This document shows, in pieces, positions 26,515 to 35,715 of a DNA stretch of 56,956 nucleotides. The position numbers were made by a program, and so were the translations under genes. The notes under the pieces were generated by a model that ran no database searches, was not told where the DNA came from, and saw nothing but the letters and a program-made list of their open reading frames with translations. Location: positions 1 through 56,956 of the IMG/VR virus record IMGVR_UViG_3300036791_000660; one strand, given 5' to 3'. Every line of letters starts with the position of its first letter. The first letter of the stretch is position 1. The DNA is from a virus. Lineage: Duplodnaviria > Caudoviricetes.

Positions 26515-27867
26515 CTAAGGGAAGACGCTGAACCACGCTTCCGTTTGCGGGTCGATGAACGCGGTGCCGACGTTGTTGAAGATGCCGAAGCTGAACTGGC
26601 TCAGCGTGCGTGGGGCCGCTCCGGCTTGGGTGTACTCGGGCGTCGAGCCGGGGCCGGTGGCTCCCGAGTTCTGAACGCCGATGCTCGTGCGATAGAACAG
26701 GTCGGCCATCGGCGTCGTGAGGTTGACCGTGAACCACGGGCCGACGCTGCCCGACGTTTGCCGGATGATGCTGGCGATGTTGGACGACTTGTTGATCGTC
26801 ACCAGACCGCCCGACACCGAGAAGTTGGCGGCGGCGACCGGGCCGCCGAGACCCGGCGAACCCTGCACGCCGGGCGGTCCCTGCACGCCTTGGCCAAGTT
26901 CCTCGATGCTGAAGATGCACGCTGCGCCGGGCAGGAAGAACGAACTGTTAGTGCTGACGAGGTAGAAGATGCCGCCGTCGTTGGTGCCGCCGCGCACCTC
27001 GAAGGTGTGCGCGCCCGGCGACAGAACGCCTTGCCAGTCCAGAATGATCGCCGTTCCATAGCCGCTGGCACCGGGCGTACAACTGGTAAAGCGGTTGGCG
27101 GTCGCCGCGCCGTCGATGAACAGACCGACGGCGATTTGGTGAGCCGCGTTCGATCCGAAGGCGGCCACCATCCTGACGCGGACTGGGTTCGCCGGGTTGA
27201 GCGCCGTGTAGCTCTGAAAGAACATCCGCGCGCCCGCCGTGATCGGCATGGGCGACGCATTGAACGTCACTGTAGCGGTAACGGACGCTGTCGGGTCGGT
27301 GATCTCCTGACGGAATGGGGCTGCAACCATGGCGGCGGCGGGCTGCTGGAACAGCGAGATCGCCGAGGCCGAGAAGTTCGTGTAGGTGGCGTCGAGGGTC
27401 TGCCCGGCCGACGAACTAATCCACGCCTCGAAGTAGTCGGTGCCGTTGGCGACGACGATGCCCGACACCGTCGCGCCGGTGCTGCCGCCTGATCCGACAT
27501 TGTTGGCGCTGGAGAGGATCGGCGTGGTGACGCTGTTCTTCCTGATCTGCATCACCACGTTCCACGCGACGCCGGTCGCGCCGAGACCGGCGCTCGCCTC
27601 GATGTAGTAGACGCCAGCGGGCGGCGTGAAGCGGCTGGTGCCGGGATTGAAGTAGTTGCCGATGTTGAACAGCGGGGCCTGCAAGGGCAGCAGCGCTGCC
27701 GCAGGCGACAGACCAGCGACGCCGGGCGCGAAGAAGCTCGGCACCTGACCGGGCTGGCCATTGTTGTACGTCACCCAGAGCGTGCCGTTGAACTGGTAGG
27801 TGACGCCTGACGGCGCAACGAACAACTGCCCGGAGGTCGGCGCGTTGGGGAAATTCAGGGCGGCCAT
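26515..27867 (-). CDS. Tail fibre / receptor-binding protein with a C1q-like domain
   Basis: MAALNFP..P..GQ N-terminus; FNPGTSRFTPPAGVYYI; short collagen-like stretch. Confidence 0.7.
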   Translation of the reverse strand: MAALNFPNAPTSGQLFVAPSGVTYQFNGTLWVTYNNGQPGQVPSFFAPGVAGLSPAAALLPLQAPLFNIGNYFNPGTSRFTPPAGVYYIEASAGLGATGVAWNVVMQIRKNSVTTPILSSANNVGSGGSTGATVSGIVVANGTDYFEAWISSSAGQTLDATYTNFSASAISLFQQPAAAMVAAPFRQEITDPTASVTATVTFNASPMPITAGARMFFQSYTALNPANPVRVRMVAAFGSNAAHQIAVGLFIDGAATANRFTSCTPGASGYGTAIILDWQGVLSPGAHTFEVRGGTNDGGIFYLVSTNSSFFLPGAACIFSIEELGQGVQGPPGVQGSPGLGGPVAAANFSVSGGLVTINKSSNIASIIRQTSGSVGPWFTVNLTTPMADLFYRTSIGVQNSGATGPGSTPEYTQAGAAPRTLSQFSFGIFNNVGTAFIDPQTEAWFSVFP

Positions 27868-27874
27868 CAGACCC

Positions 27875-28948
27875 TCACTGGTAGACTGTCACGGTGTAGC
27901 GAGCGGCATCAGCGAGTGCGGAACTACCATTCACACTGGCAACGGAAATTGCGGTCGCTGACGGGGCCGCACCAGCGGCAAGAAAACCGATGAAGCCATT
28001 GCCCGCCAGACTTTGGATCGTCAGTGAGACCTGTGGAGCGGGCGGGAAGGTGCCGTTGAGAGTGAACTGACCCGCGCTGGTCTTGGTGACGCTCGATGCC
28101 GAGTAGCCACCCGCGTTAATCTGCTGGAGGATCGTACCCGTGTTGTCGAATGTGCAAACGACGACAGGGAAAGTCGAGCCACCGGCTGGCCCGATCGGAC
28201 CCTGCGGTCCCTGCGCGCCGACGCCGATCTCCTTGATCGTCATCGTCGTCCGCATCGCGCCGCCGCCAACGCGACCACCGGGCATACCGTTCAGGGCCGC
28301 AGCGGTGCTGCCGCTGCTGCTGGCGAGCCGGACCGAGAACGTGTGCGGTCCCGGCGACAGTACACCTTGCCAGTAGACGCGAAGGTCATTGCCCGTCGAG
28401 GCGTTGATATTCTGGCCCTTCTGCGCCACGGCATTGGCCGCGCCGTCGATGAACAAGGCAAGCTGCGCCCACACCCCGGTGGTGCCGACTCCCATGAAGC
28501 CCGAAATATCGACTTCGATGGGATGCGCCGGATCGACGGCGGTGAAGCTGCGGCTGAACACCTGCGTGCCGTTGGTGATCTGCAACGGCGTATCGACGTT
28601 GCCACCCGTGCCGCTGACATCGGTCAGCAGCGTGTTGAAGATGTCGTAGGTCGGCGTCGCGACGGGAGCCGGGCCTTGCGCCGCTGGCGCGGCCGGGACC
28701 CACTGGGTGGAATCGGCGTCCTGAAAGTAAATGTAGAGTTGGCCGCCGCCCGGCGACGTGTCGTTGGAGTTCCACCACAACTGGTTCACGACCGGCGACG
28801 CGGGCGGCGTCGTGCCGACATAGATCACGGGCGTGCCCGCGATGGGCAGCCAGATGCCGGGCGCGGCCTTGAACTGATAGATCGTGCCGTTCGGCGCGAC
28901 GAACTGCTGGCCGTCGGTCGGAGAGGCCGGGAAGTCGATGGCTGCCAT
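27875..28948 (-). CDS. Tail fibre protein
   Basis: MAAIDFPASP N-terminus; LWWNS..LYIYF.D.DSTQWV module; collagen-like stretch. Confidence 0.7.
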   Translation of the reverse strand: MAAIDFPASPTDGQQFVAPNGTIYQFKAAPGIWLPIAGTPVIYVGTTPPASPVVNQLWWNSNDTSPGGGQLYIYFQDADSTQWVPAAPAAQGPAPVATPTYDIFNTLLTDVSGTGGNVDTPLQITNGTQVFSRSFTAVDPAHPIEVDISGFMGVGTTGVWAQLALFIDGAANAVAQKGQNINASTGNDLRVYWQGVLSPGPHTFSVRLASSSGSTAAALNGMPGGRVGGGAMRTTMTIKEIGVGAQGPQGPIGPAGGSTFPVVVCTFDNTGTILQQINAGGYSASSVTKTSAGQFTLNGTFPPAPQVSLTIQSLAGNGFIGFLAAGAAPSATAISVASVNGSSALADAARYTVTVYQ

Positions 28949-28955
28949 CAGACCC

Positions 28956-30260
28956 TCACTGGTAGATTGCGGCGTAGTAGCGACCGCAATCAGCAAAGCC
29001 GAAGCTCGAATTAAGGGAGTTGATGATGATGGTGGTGGCTGACGGCACCGTGCCCTGCTGGACGTAGCCAAAAAGACCAGCCCCCGATCCAGCCAGAAAT
29101 GACAGCATCACCTGCGGGTTGGCCGGGAAAGTGCCGTTGAGCGTGTAGTTGCCCACGCTGTTCTTGGTGATGCTCGTCACCGAGAAGCCGCCCGTGCTGG
29201 TCTGCTTGAGGATCGTGCCGGTGTTGTCGAAGCTGACGACGACCGACGGAATGGTCGTGGGCAGCGTGGGTGTCGTGCCGTTCGTTCCGTTCGTGCCCGG
29301 CGGGCCTTGTGGCCCCACCTGACTGATGGCGGCCGGGACCCACTGCGAGGTGTTCGGGTCGGTGTACCAGAGATAGAGGATGCCGCCGCCGGGCGTGCCG
29401 TCGGAGTACCACCACAGCGAGCCGTTGTTGGGCGACGCGGGCGGGGTGACGCCGACCACCGCGCCGCCCGGATTGGCGGCGATGGCGGCGGCGACGAACG
29501 CCGTGGTCGCCCCGAGGGTCGTGTTGTTGCCGGGCGCTTGCGTGGCGAAGCTGACGTTGGCGTCGGCTCCTGCCGAGACGGTCCTGAACGCCGCCTGACC
29601 GTTGGTGGCGAAGTCGATCACGATGCCCGCGTTGGCGGCGGCGTTGGCGAAGCGAAGCTGCTGCGCGCCGAGCCGCGACACCGTGGTATCGACCGGGCTG
29701 CCGAACTGGAGCACCTGCCCGGCCATGCCGAGCGGGCCAGCCATGGTGCCGCCTGAGAGCGCCAGCGCGCCGATGGCGCTGGGCGTGATCAGCGTCGAGG
29801 CGGCGGCGGTGAGGCGGCCCTGCGCATCGACCGTGATCGAGGAGGTGTGGGCGTTGTCGCCGTAACTGCCCGCCGACACCGCCGTGTTGGCGAGCGAGAT
29901 GCTGCCCGAGCCGGTGATCGGGTTGGGCGACAGCACGATGCCGACGCCCTGCGTGAGGTTGCTGACGCCGGTCGAGGGGACCGCCTGAACGCCTGCGAGG
30001 GTCAGTTGGCCGCGCGCATTGACGGTGAAGGTCGGGTAATTCAGCGCGTCGCCGTAGGCTCCTGCCGTGACGCCGGTCGGCGCGGTGATCTGCACGCCCG
30101 CCTCGTAGACGCCCACGGCGTTGATCGTGCCCGGTCCCTTGTCGCCACCGGCCACGCCGGCCGGCAGCGTGACGCCGCCGTCGTTGTAGGAGAGCGTCGG
30201 CCCGGCTTGAGTCCACGGGCTCGACAGCGGCTGTGGGCCGGGATTGGTGAGATCAACCAT
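28956..30260 (-). CDS. Tail fibre protein
   Basis: GVTAGAYG..TVNARGQLT repeats; LSGGTMAGPL; ATTAFV motif. Confidence 0.75.
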   Translation of the reverse strand: MVDLTNPGPQPLSSPWTQAGPTLSYNDGGVTLPAGVAGGDKGPGTINAVGVYEAGVQITAPTGVTAGAYGDALNYPTFTVNARGQLTLAGVQAVPSTGVSNLTQGVGIVLSPNPITGSGSISLANTAVSAGSYGDNAHTSSITVDAQGRLTAAASTLITPSAIGALALSGGTMAGPLGMAGQVLQFGSPVDTTVSRLGAQQLRFANAAANAGIVIDFATNGQAAFRTVSAGADANVSFATQAPGNNTTLGATTAFVAAAIAANPGGAVVGVTPPASPNNGSLWWYSDGTPGGGILYLWYTDPNTSQWVPAAISQVGPQGPPGTNGTNGTTPTLPTTIPSVVVSFDNTGTILKQTSTGGFSVTSITKNSVGNYTLNGTFPANPQVMLSFLAGSGAGLFGYVQQGTVPSATTIIINSLNSSFGFADCGRYYAAIYQ

Positions 30261-30266
30261 CGGGGA

Positions 30267-30575
30267 TCACCAGTAGATCACTGAAAAGCGATGCCCTGAA
30301 GTCAGGGCGTTCACCGAGGTCGGCGTCGTCTGGCCGGGGATGATCGTCCACGATTCGCCGGGTCGCAGCGCGAACGTCGTGCCGTTGGCGATCAGCGCGG
30401 CCGGGCCGACGGCGTTGATGTAAAGCGGCTCGGCCGGCGTCGGGCTGATGCCCTGATCGCCCGGCGTCGCCGGGTTGGTGATCAGGCCGCCGTTCACGTT
30501 GGCGGGTACAGCATTGACGGCGCTGCCGCCGGTCGTGACGACCGAAGTGAGTCCTGCGACGGGAGTGGCGGCCAT
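30267..30575 (-). CDS. Small virion-associated beta protein
   Basis: Paralogous to the N-terminal domain of 31739-32842. Confidence 0.6.
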   Translation of the reverse strand: MAATPVAGLTSVVTTGGSAVNAVPANVNGGLITNPATPGDQGISPTPAEPLYINAVGPAALIANGTTFALRPGESWTIIPGQTTPTSVNALTSGHRFSVIYW

Positions 30576-30588
30576 GGTGCTGCTCCTC

Positions 30589-31725
30589 TCAGGTCTTGAT
30601 CAGCCAGTAGATGCCGGCCGACGGCTGGAGGTTGTTGTGCGGCAGGTCGCCGCCGGTCGGGCTGGTGGTGCCCGGATTGTTGACGCCGGGTGCGCCGCCA
30701 CCGGATGCGGCGTTGTTGACGTTGTTCAGGCCGACGTAGGCGTGGGTGTGCGATGGCATCTCAGGAACGGTCAGTTGGTGCTTGGCCTCGCCGACCTCTT
30801 GGCCGAGCGCGAAGGCGGCTCCCATCACGGTGCCGGCGGTATCGACGCCGGCCAGCACGCGGCCGACGAGGTTGGGCAGGTTGAAGGTGGTCGAGCCGTC
30901 GCCGACGCCCCACGTCGTGCCGATCACGGTGAACAGGTTGGCCTGCGCCGAGCGCGAGACTTGCGAACCGTCGCACAGCAGGAAGCCCGACGCCGGGAAG
31001 TGTGTGGGCGATCCGGCGAACGGCACGATCATGCCGGTCGAGACCGAGGTCACGGCGGCGGCGAACTGATGGGGCGTGATGAAGCTGTAGGCGTCGGTGC
31101 CGGCAGCGAGGGCCGCTGCGGTGGCCGGGGCGGCGTTGTCCTTGCGCCACTGCGTGCCGGTCCATGTGAGCCACGGCGCGTCGCCGGCGATCATCTCGCC
31201 GCCGATGAAGGCCGAGCCGTCGGAGCGCACGATGGGCGCGGCTCCCGTGCCGGGATCGAAGGTCGAGGGGCCGGTGTTGGTGTTGGCGATCAGCAGGCGC
31301 ACCGCCATGCCCTGCACGTTGGCCGTCAGCACCGGGTTGAGGACGCAGCGGTAGGCGTTGGCGATGCCGGTATCGACGCCGAAGGTCGAGGCGCCGGATT
31401 GCTCGTCGCCGTTCTGGAGCATCGTGGCGCACTGGCCGGCGGTCCACAGTTCGGCGATCAGGTCGTTGGCCGCCCACGTCTTGGGCGTGGTGCCTTCCTG
31501 ACCGCGCACGATGGTCAGGGTGTCGCCGACCACGGCCGTCACCCAGATGATCTCGTCCAGCAGGCCGGTGGCGGCGTCGATCAGGGTGCCGACCCAGTAT
31601 TGGCCGGCCGCCGGCACGGCGAACAGGATGCCGGTGCCAGCCGCCACGTTGAGCGAGGTCGCGGTCGCGCTGATCGAGCCGGCCAGCGTGCTCTGCGCAT
31701 TGTTTCTGAAGATCAGCTTCGCCAT
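30589..31725 (-). CDS. Tail fibre protein with a tail-collar domain
   Basis: GFLLCDGS.VSR..LF.VIGTTWG.GDGSTTFNLPNL.GR. Confidence 0.85.
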   Translation of the reverse strand: MAKLIFRNNAQSTLAGSISATATSLNVAAGTGILFAVPAAGQYWVGTLIDAATGLLDEIIWVTAVVGDTLTIVRGQEGTTPKTWAANDLIAELWTAGQCATMLQNGDEQSGASTFGVDTGIANAYRCVLNPVLTANVQGMAVRLLIANTNTGPSTFDPGTGAAPIVRSDGSAFIGGEMIAGDAPWLTWTGTQWRKDNAAPATAAALAAGTDAYSFITPHQFAAAVTSVSTGMIVPFAGSPTHFPASGFLLCDGSQVSRSAQANLFTVIGTTWGVGDGSTTFNLPNLVGRVLAGVDTAGTVMGAAFALGQEVGEAKHQLTVPEMPSHTHAYVGLNNVNNAASGGGAPGVNNPGTTSPTGGDLPHNNLQPSAGIYWLIKT

Positions 31726-31738
31726 GGTCCCCTCATCT

Positions 31739-32842
31739 TCAATTCGTGTTGACGATGAACTTGAACTGGAACGGCACTTCGAGAACGCCCGCGTCCATCG
31801 CCGCCTTGAAGATCGGCGCGAGTGGGTTGACCGGGAAGTTGGTCGAGGTGGTGTCGAACTCGTTGAGCGCGAAGGTGTTGAGCGGGCGCGTGTTGAGCAG
31901 CGCGCCGCCGACGAAGCGCCGCTTGGTGGTCTGGAGGTTGATGTTGACCTCGTTGTTCGCGCCGAAGGTGACGCTCACGTCGTAGGTCTGGTCAGGCTGG
32001 TAGGGGATCGGCGCGCCGCTCCTGCCGTTCTCGTAGCGCAGGAATCGCTCGACCCGTCGCTTCAGCCAGCGGATGTCGAAGACCTTGCCGTCTTCCTTGT
32101 AGAAGTGCCACGTGATGATGCGCTTGAAGATGTCATCGCTGGTCGCGTAGTAGCTGGCCGGCGGGATGTTGCGCAGCACGTTGAGCGCCAGCGTGTTGAG
32201 CGCGTAGGTGTTGAGCGGGCCGATGGTACGCGCCCGACCGGCGGGCAGCGCCGGGCGCTTGATGCCGTAGAGACCCGCCGCCACCCAGTCGAGCAGCGAG
32301 CCCGTGATCGTGTCGGCGGTGTAGACCGGCAGTTCGATGTAGGCGAACCACGAGATGTACTGCTGCATCAGGTTGTTGAACGACGTGACGAACGCCTGCA
32401 GGTCGTCGTCGTCGCTATACTGCTGGTAGAGGTACGACGGGATCGTCTTGCTGAGCGTCGTCGGAATCAGGTTGCCGTTGGCATCTGTCAGCGGGAAGTC
32501 GCCCGGCTTGGGCTTGGGCGGCGGCACCCGCACCTCGGTGAAGAACAGACCGGCGAACGAGTGGCCCGTGGTGGCGGCGTTGACGCTGACCTGCCCGGTG
32601 AAGCCCGCCGGCACCGGGAAGCTCTGGCCCGGCTGGAGCTTGAAGGTGGTGGCGCTCTCGATCAGGCCGGCCGGATGCACGAGGTCGATGAACAGCGTCT
32701 CGCTCACGGCGATGGTCTGGTCGGCCGCCTTCTCCGGGTTGACGATGAAGCCGCCCAGCACTGGGCCGAAGATCGCCGTGACCGGCGTGCCGCCGACACC
32801 GATGCGCGCCAGCGACAGCGGCCAGAGTTGGACCTGCGCCAT
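31739..32842 (-). CDS. Baseplate wedge protein with an extra N-terminal domain
   Basis: IPSYLYQQYSDDDDLQAFV..LLDWVA.GLYG..RP; follows the baseplate J gene. Confidence 0.7.
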   Translation of the reverse strand: MAQVQLWPLSLARIGVGGTPVTAIFGPVLGGFIVNPEKAADQTIAVSETLFIDLVHPAGLIESATTFKLQPGQSFPVPAGFTGQVSVNAATTGHSFAGLFFTEVRVPPPKPKPGDFPLTDANGNLIPTTLSKTIPSYLYQQYSDDDDLQAFVTSFNNLMQQYISWFAYIELPVYTADTITGSLLDWVAAGLYGIKRPALPAGRARTIGPLNTYALNTLALNVLRNIPPASYYATSDDIFKRIITWHFYKEDGKVFDIRWLKRRVERFLRYENGRSGAPIPYQPDQTYDVSVTFGANNEVNINLQTTKRRFVGGALLNTRPLNTFALNEFDTTSTNFPVNPLAPIFKAAMDAGVLEVPFQFKFIVNTN

Positions 32843-32845
32843 CGC

Positions 32846-34534
32846 CTAGCCCTGCACCACGGAGATTTGCGAAGTCGAGGTGAAGAAGTACGACTGCGGA
32901 TCGCCGAAGATCAGGAAGGTGCCGGCGCTGGGCAGCGTGCCGATGCCGTTGATCGACACCGCGAAGGTCAGCACCGAGATGAAGGTCGGGCCGAGCACGT
33001 TCTCGACGGCGGTCTGGAACACGTCCTCCATCACCAAGACGTTGAGCGGCTGGCCGACGATCACCGAGTTCACGTAGTCGGCGAGCGCCGGGGCGGCGAG
33101 TTGGGCGATGGCGGCGGCCGAGATGAAGTTCGGCGAGTCGGTGTTCCACGTCACCGTCATCGTCACCGTCTGCTGCGGCGGCACGACGAAGTTCACCACG
33201 TAGGTGTCGGGGTAGTCGGTGATCGTGACCGCGAGGTTGCGGTTGTTGGGCGTCACCACGCCGCCCGACACGTAGGCCGGCAGGCCGGTCGAATCGAAGT
33301 TGGCGATGCCCGCCTGAAGCTGGCCGAGCACCGTCTCGGCGCCGGGATTGGTGGCCAGCGGGAAAGTGATGGTGGTGCCCGACGCGGTGGTCGCCACGAA
33401 GGTGCCGTTCCAGCCGGCCGGCGTCGAGCCCGCCAGCGCGAAGGTCGAGCCCGGCGTCACGTTGTGCGCCACCAAGGTGGTCGCCGTGGCGACGCCAGCG
33501 GCCCACGCCAGCGACGCCAACTGGTTGGCCGGATAGGCCGTGCCAAGCTGGAAAGTCTTCTCCGAGGGCACCGCGAGGATGGCGTGGTTGCCGTTGAAGC
33601 CCACCGGGTTGACGCCGGCGAGCGTGATCGGCTGGCCGACCAGATAGCCGTGGTTGAGGTCGGTCGTGACCACCGCCGGGTTGGCGTTGGTGATGTTGGT
33701 GACGCTGACCGTCGAGCCGACCAAGTTCGAGATGTCGAACAGCGCAGTGTAGATCGCGTTGGCGACATCGTAGGGATCGCCGCCGCCCACGATGATCATC
33801 CAGCCACCGGCCGGGCCGGGCTGCTGCTGGATTCCAATCAGGCGCGATTGGACTCCGGGCACGTTCTCCAACAGCGTGCGCAGGTAGCGCGGCATGCCCT
33901 GTGAGGCCGCCAGCCCCGCCTGAAGCACCCGCGCCCGGTACATGCTCTCGGTCTCGGCGTCGGTGCCGGGGACGCCGGCCTCGGGATTAACGACGGTCAG
34001 CGTGAAGCCGGTCGGCGGCGGCGTGATCAGTTGCGTCACCACCCCCGGCGGCACGCTGAAAGAGCCGGCCTGCGTGGCGAGGGCGAACAGCGGATCGCTC
34101 TGGCCGGACTGGCCGATGATGCCGCCATCCCGCAGCGCATATTGGAAGTTGCCGTCGGAGACGATGAAGCCCTTGCCGATCACGAAGCCCGGCAGGCCGG
34201 AGAACACCACCAAGACGCTGGTGTTGCTGGCCGTACCGGGAACTACGCCATAGACCTCGCCAAGCTCGGCGAGGATGAAGGCGTTGCAGCCGAACGGCGT
34301 CAGCGAGTTGACGGTCTCGACGCGCGCCAGATCGGCCAGCACCAGCGACTGCACGTCGGTGCTGACGATGTCCTCGACCAGCGAGCCCGGCAAATTTCCG
34401 CTGAAACCCGGATTCGTCGCCGACACGCCGGACACCACCTCCTCGCGCAGCGTGAGAGGCGGCGTCGGCACCAGCCCGGCCGGGCCGATGACAGTCGGAA
34501 GTTCGCTCCCCGATGGCGGGATCGGATCGGCCAT
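32846..34534 (-). CDS. Baseplate J-like protein
   Basis: NLPGSLVEDI, AETESMYRARVLQA and GGGDPYDVA.AI motifs; synteny. Confidence 0.8.
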   Translation of the reverse strand: MADPIPPSGSELPTVIGPAGLVPTPPLTLREEVVSGVSATNPGFSGNLPGSLVEDIVSTDVQSLVLADLARVETVNSLTPFGCNAFILAELGEVYGVVPGTASNTSVLVVFSGLPGFVIGKGFIVSDGNFQYALRDGGIIGQSGQSDPLFALATQAGSFSVPPGVVTQLITPPPTGFTLTVVNPEAGVPGTDAETESMYRARVLQAGLAASQGMPRYLRTLLENVPGVQSRLIGIQQQPGPAGGWMIIVGGGDPYDVANAIYTALFDISNLVGSTVSVTNITNANPAVVTTDLNHGYLVGQPITLAGVNPVGFNGNHAILAVPSEKTFQLGTAYPANQLASLAWAAGVATATTLVAHNVTPGSTFALAGSTPAGWNGTFVATTASGTTITFPLATNPGAETVLGQLQAGIANFDSTGLPAYVSGGVVTPNNRNLAVTITDYPDTYVVNFVVPPQQTVTMTVTWNTDSPNFISAAAIAQLAAPALADYVNSVIVGQPLNVLVMEDVFQTAVENVLGPTFISVLTFAVSINGIGTLPSAGTFLIFGDPQSYFFTSTSQISVVQG

Positions 34535-34569
34535 GGACAATACCTGTCAATTCGTGTTTGGTGGGTGAA

Positions 34570-34651
34570 GCCGCGCCACGGCAAGTCCCGGCGGGGCTAG
34601 GCACGTCGAGGCAAGGTCTGGCCCGGCGGGGTTCGGCAAGGCACGGCAGGC
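34570..34651 (+). ncRNA. Stand-alone GGY-NN repeat cassette A (putative guide RNA)
   Basis: 15 in-phase pentamers ending GGCAGGC; intergenic and antisense to the late genes. Confidence 0.8.
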
Positions 34652-35044
34652 TTAGAGTGGGATCGGCACGCTCACGTCGATCTTCAGGCCAGCATGAGTG
34701 ACGATGTTGATGCGGTAGACCGGCGTCGTCGGATCAGGGACTTTGGCGATGATCAGCGAGGCGAACTGCGCAGCGAATCGCTTCTGGGTCATCACGACTT
34801 CAAAATCGGGGAAGACCTGCTGCAACACGCTGTAGGCCGCCGCGATGCCCCAGTCGGCATAAAACGGGCTCTCGCCTGCGTTCAGCAGCAGCACCTGCGC
34901 CAGCGCCGTCAGCATCACCATGTCGTTGAAGCCCTTGGCATCGGTCGTGACCACGACCCACTTCTTCGGCCCCTTGTTGAAGCTGATGTTGCTGCCGGGT
35001 GGACCGCCGAGCGGCGTGGCCGGGATGCGGCCGTAGGTCCTCAT
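34652..35044 (-). CDS. Baseplate wedge subunit (gp25-like)
   Basis: MRTYGR..L.LN.GESPFYADWGI; between spike and J. Confidence 0.65.
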   Translation of the reverse strand: MRTYGRIPATPLGGPPGSNISFNKGPKKWVVVTTDAKGFNDMVMLTALAQVLLLNAGESPFYADWGIAAAYSVLQQVFPDFEVVMTQKRFAAQFASLIIAKVPDPTTPVYRINIVTHAGLKIDVSVPIPL

Positions 35045-35706
35045 GGGACGACCGGGCCGCTGGTGCCCGAGCCGGGCTGCACATTCTGGTGGGTGTGCGC
35101 CGGGAAGACGTGGGTGATGTTGTCGATCAGGGTGCCAGCGGACGTGATGTCGAGGCCCATGCCTTGGAAGTTGAGGTGGAAGCCGCTGTCATCGACCCGC
35201 ATCAACACCTGCCCCTTCCATGTGACGGTGAGGCCGGTCTTGGTGTCGAGGTTGAAGATGATCTGCGAGTTCTCGTCGCGCAGGATCACGCCGTTGGGGC
35301 CGTAGATCAGCGTCTTCTCGGGATCGTCGGTCGGCGTGAAGTTGACGTTGCCACACGGGAAGAACACGCCGGTCGAGAGGTTGCCCGGCGGCGCGTAGGA
35401 CGCCTTGCCTTTGCCGAGCCCCGACATCTCGCCCATGTAGTAGTCGGCGCTGAGCACCAAGCCCTTGGTGCCCTTCTTCAGAGGCCAGCGACAGAACTCC
35501 GGGCCGTACACCGGCATCTTGATCTTGGGCAGCGTCCACTGCGACACGGTCTCGAACTTCACCGTGACGATGGTGCCGGTGGGATCGACCTCATCGACCG
35601 ACGCCGGGTGCGACTTCTGGAGCGCCTGATGGAAGCCGCTCAGCCGGTTGTCGGTGAGGCGGTTCAGACCTTGGATGGCTGGAAAGCGCTGTTGCGTCAG
35701 GTTCAT
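35041..35706 (-). CDS. Baseplate central spike
   Basis: OB-like N-terminus; C-terminal HxH (AHTHQNVQPGSGTSG) metal-binding tip. Confidence 0.8.
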   Translation of the reverse strand: MNLTQQRFPAIQGLNRLTDNRLSGFHQALQKSHPASVDEVDPTGTIVTVKFETVSQWTLPKIKMPVYGPEFCRWPLKKGTKGLVLSADYYMGEMSGLGKGKASYAPPGNLSTGVFFPCGNVNFTPTDDPEKTLIYGPNGVILRDENSQIIFNLDTKTGLTVTWKGQVLMRVDDSGFHLNFQGMGLDITSAGTLIDNITHVFPAHTHQNVQPGSGTSGPVVP

Positions 35707-35715
35707 GGTTCTACC

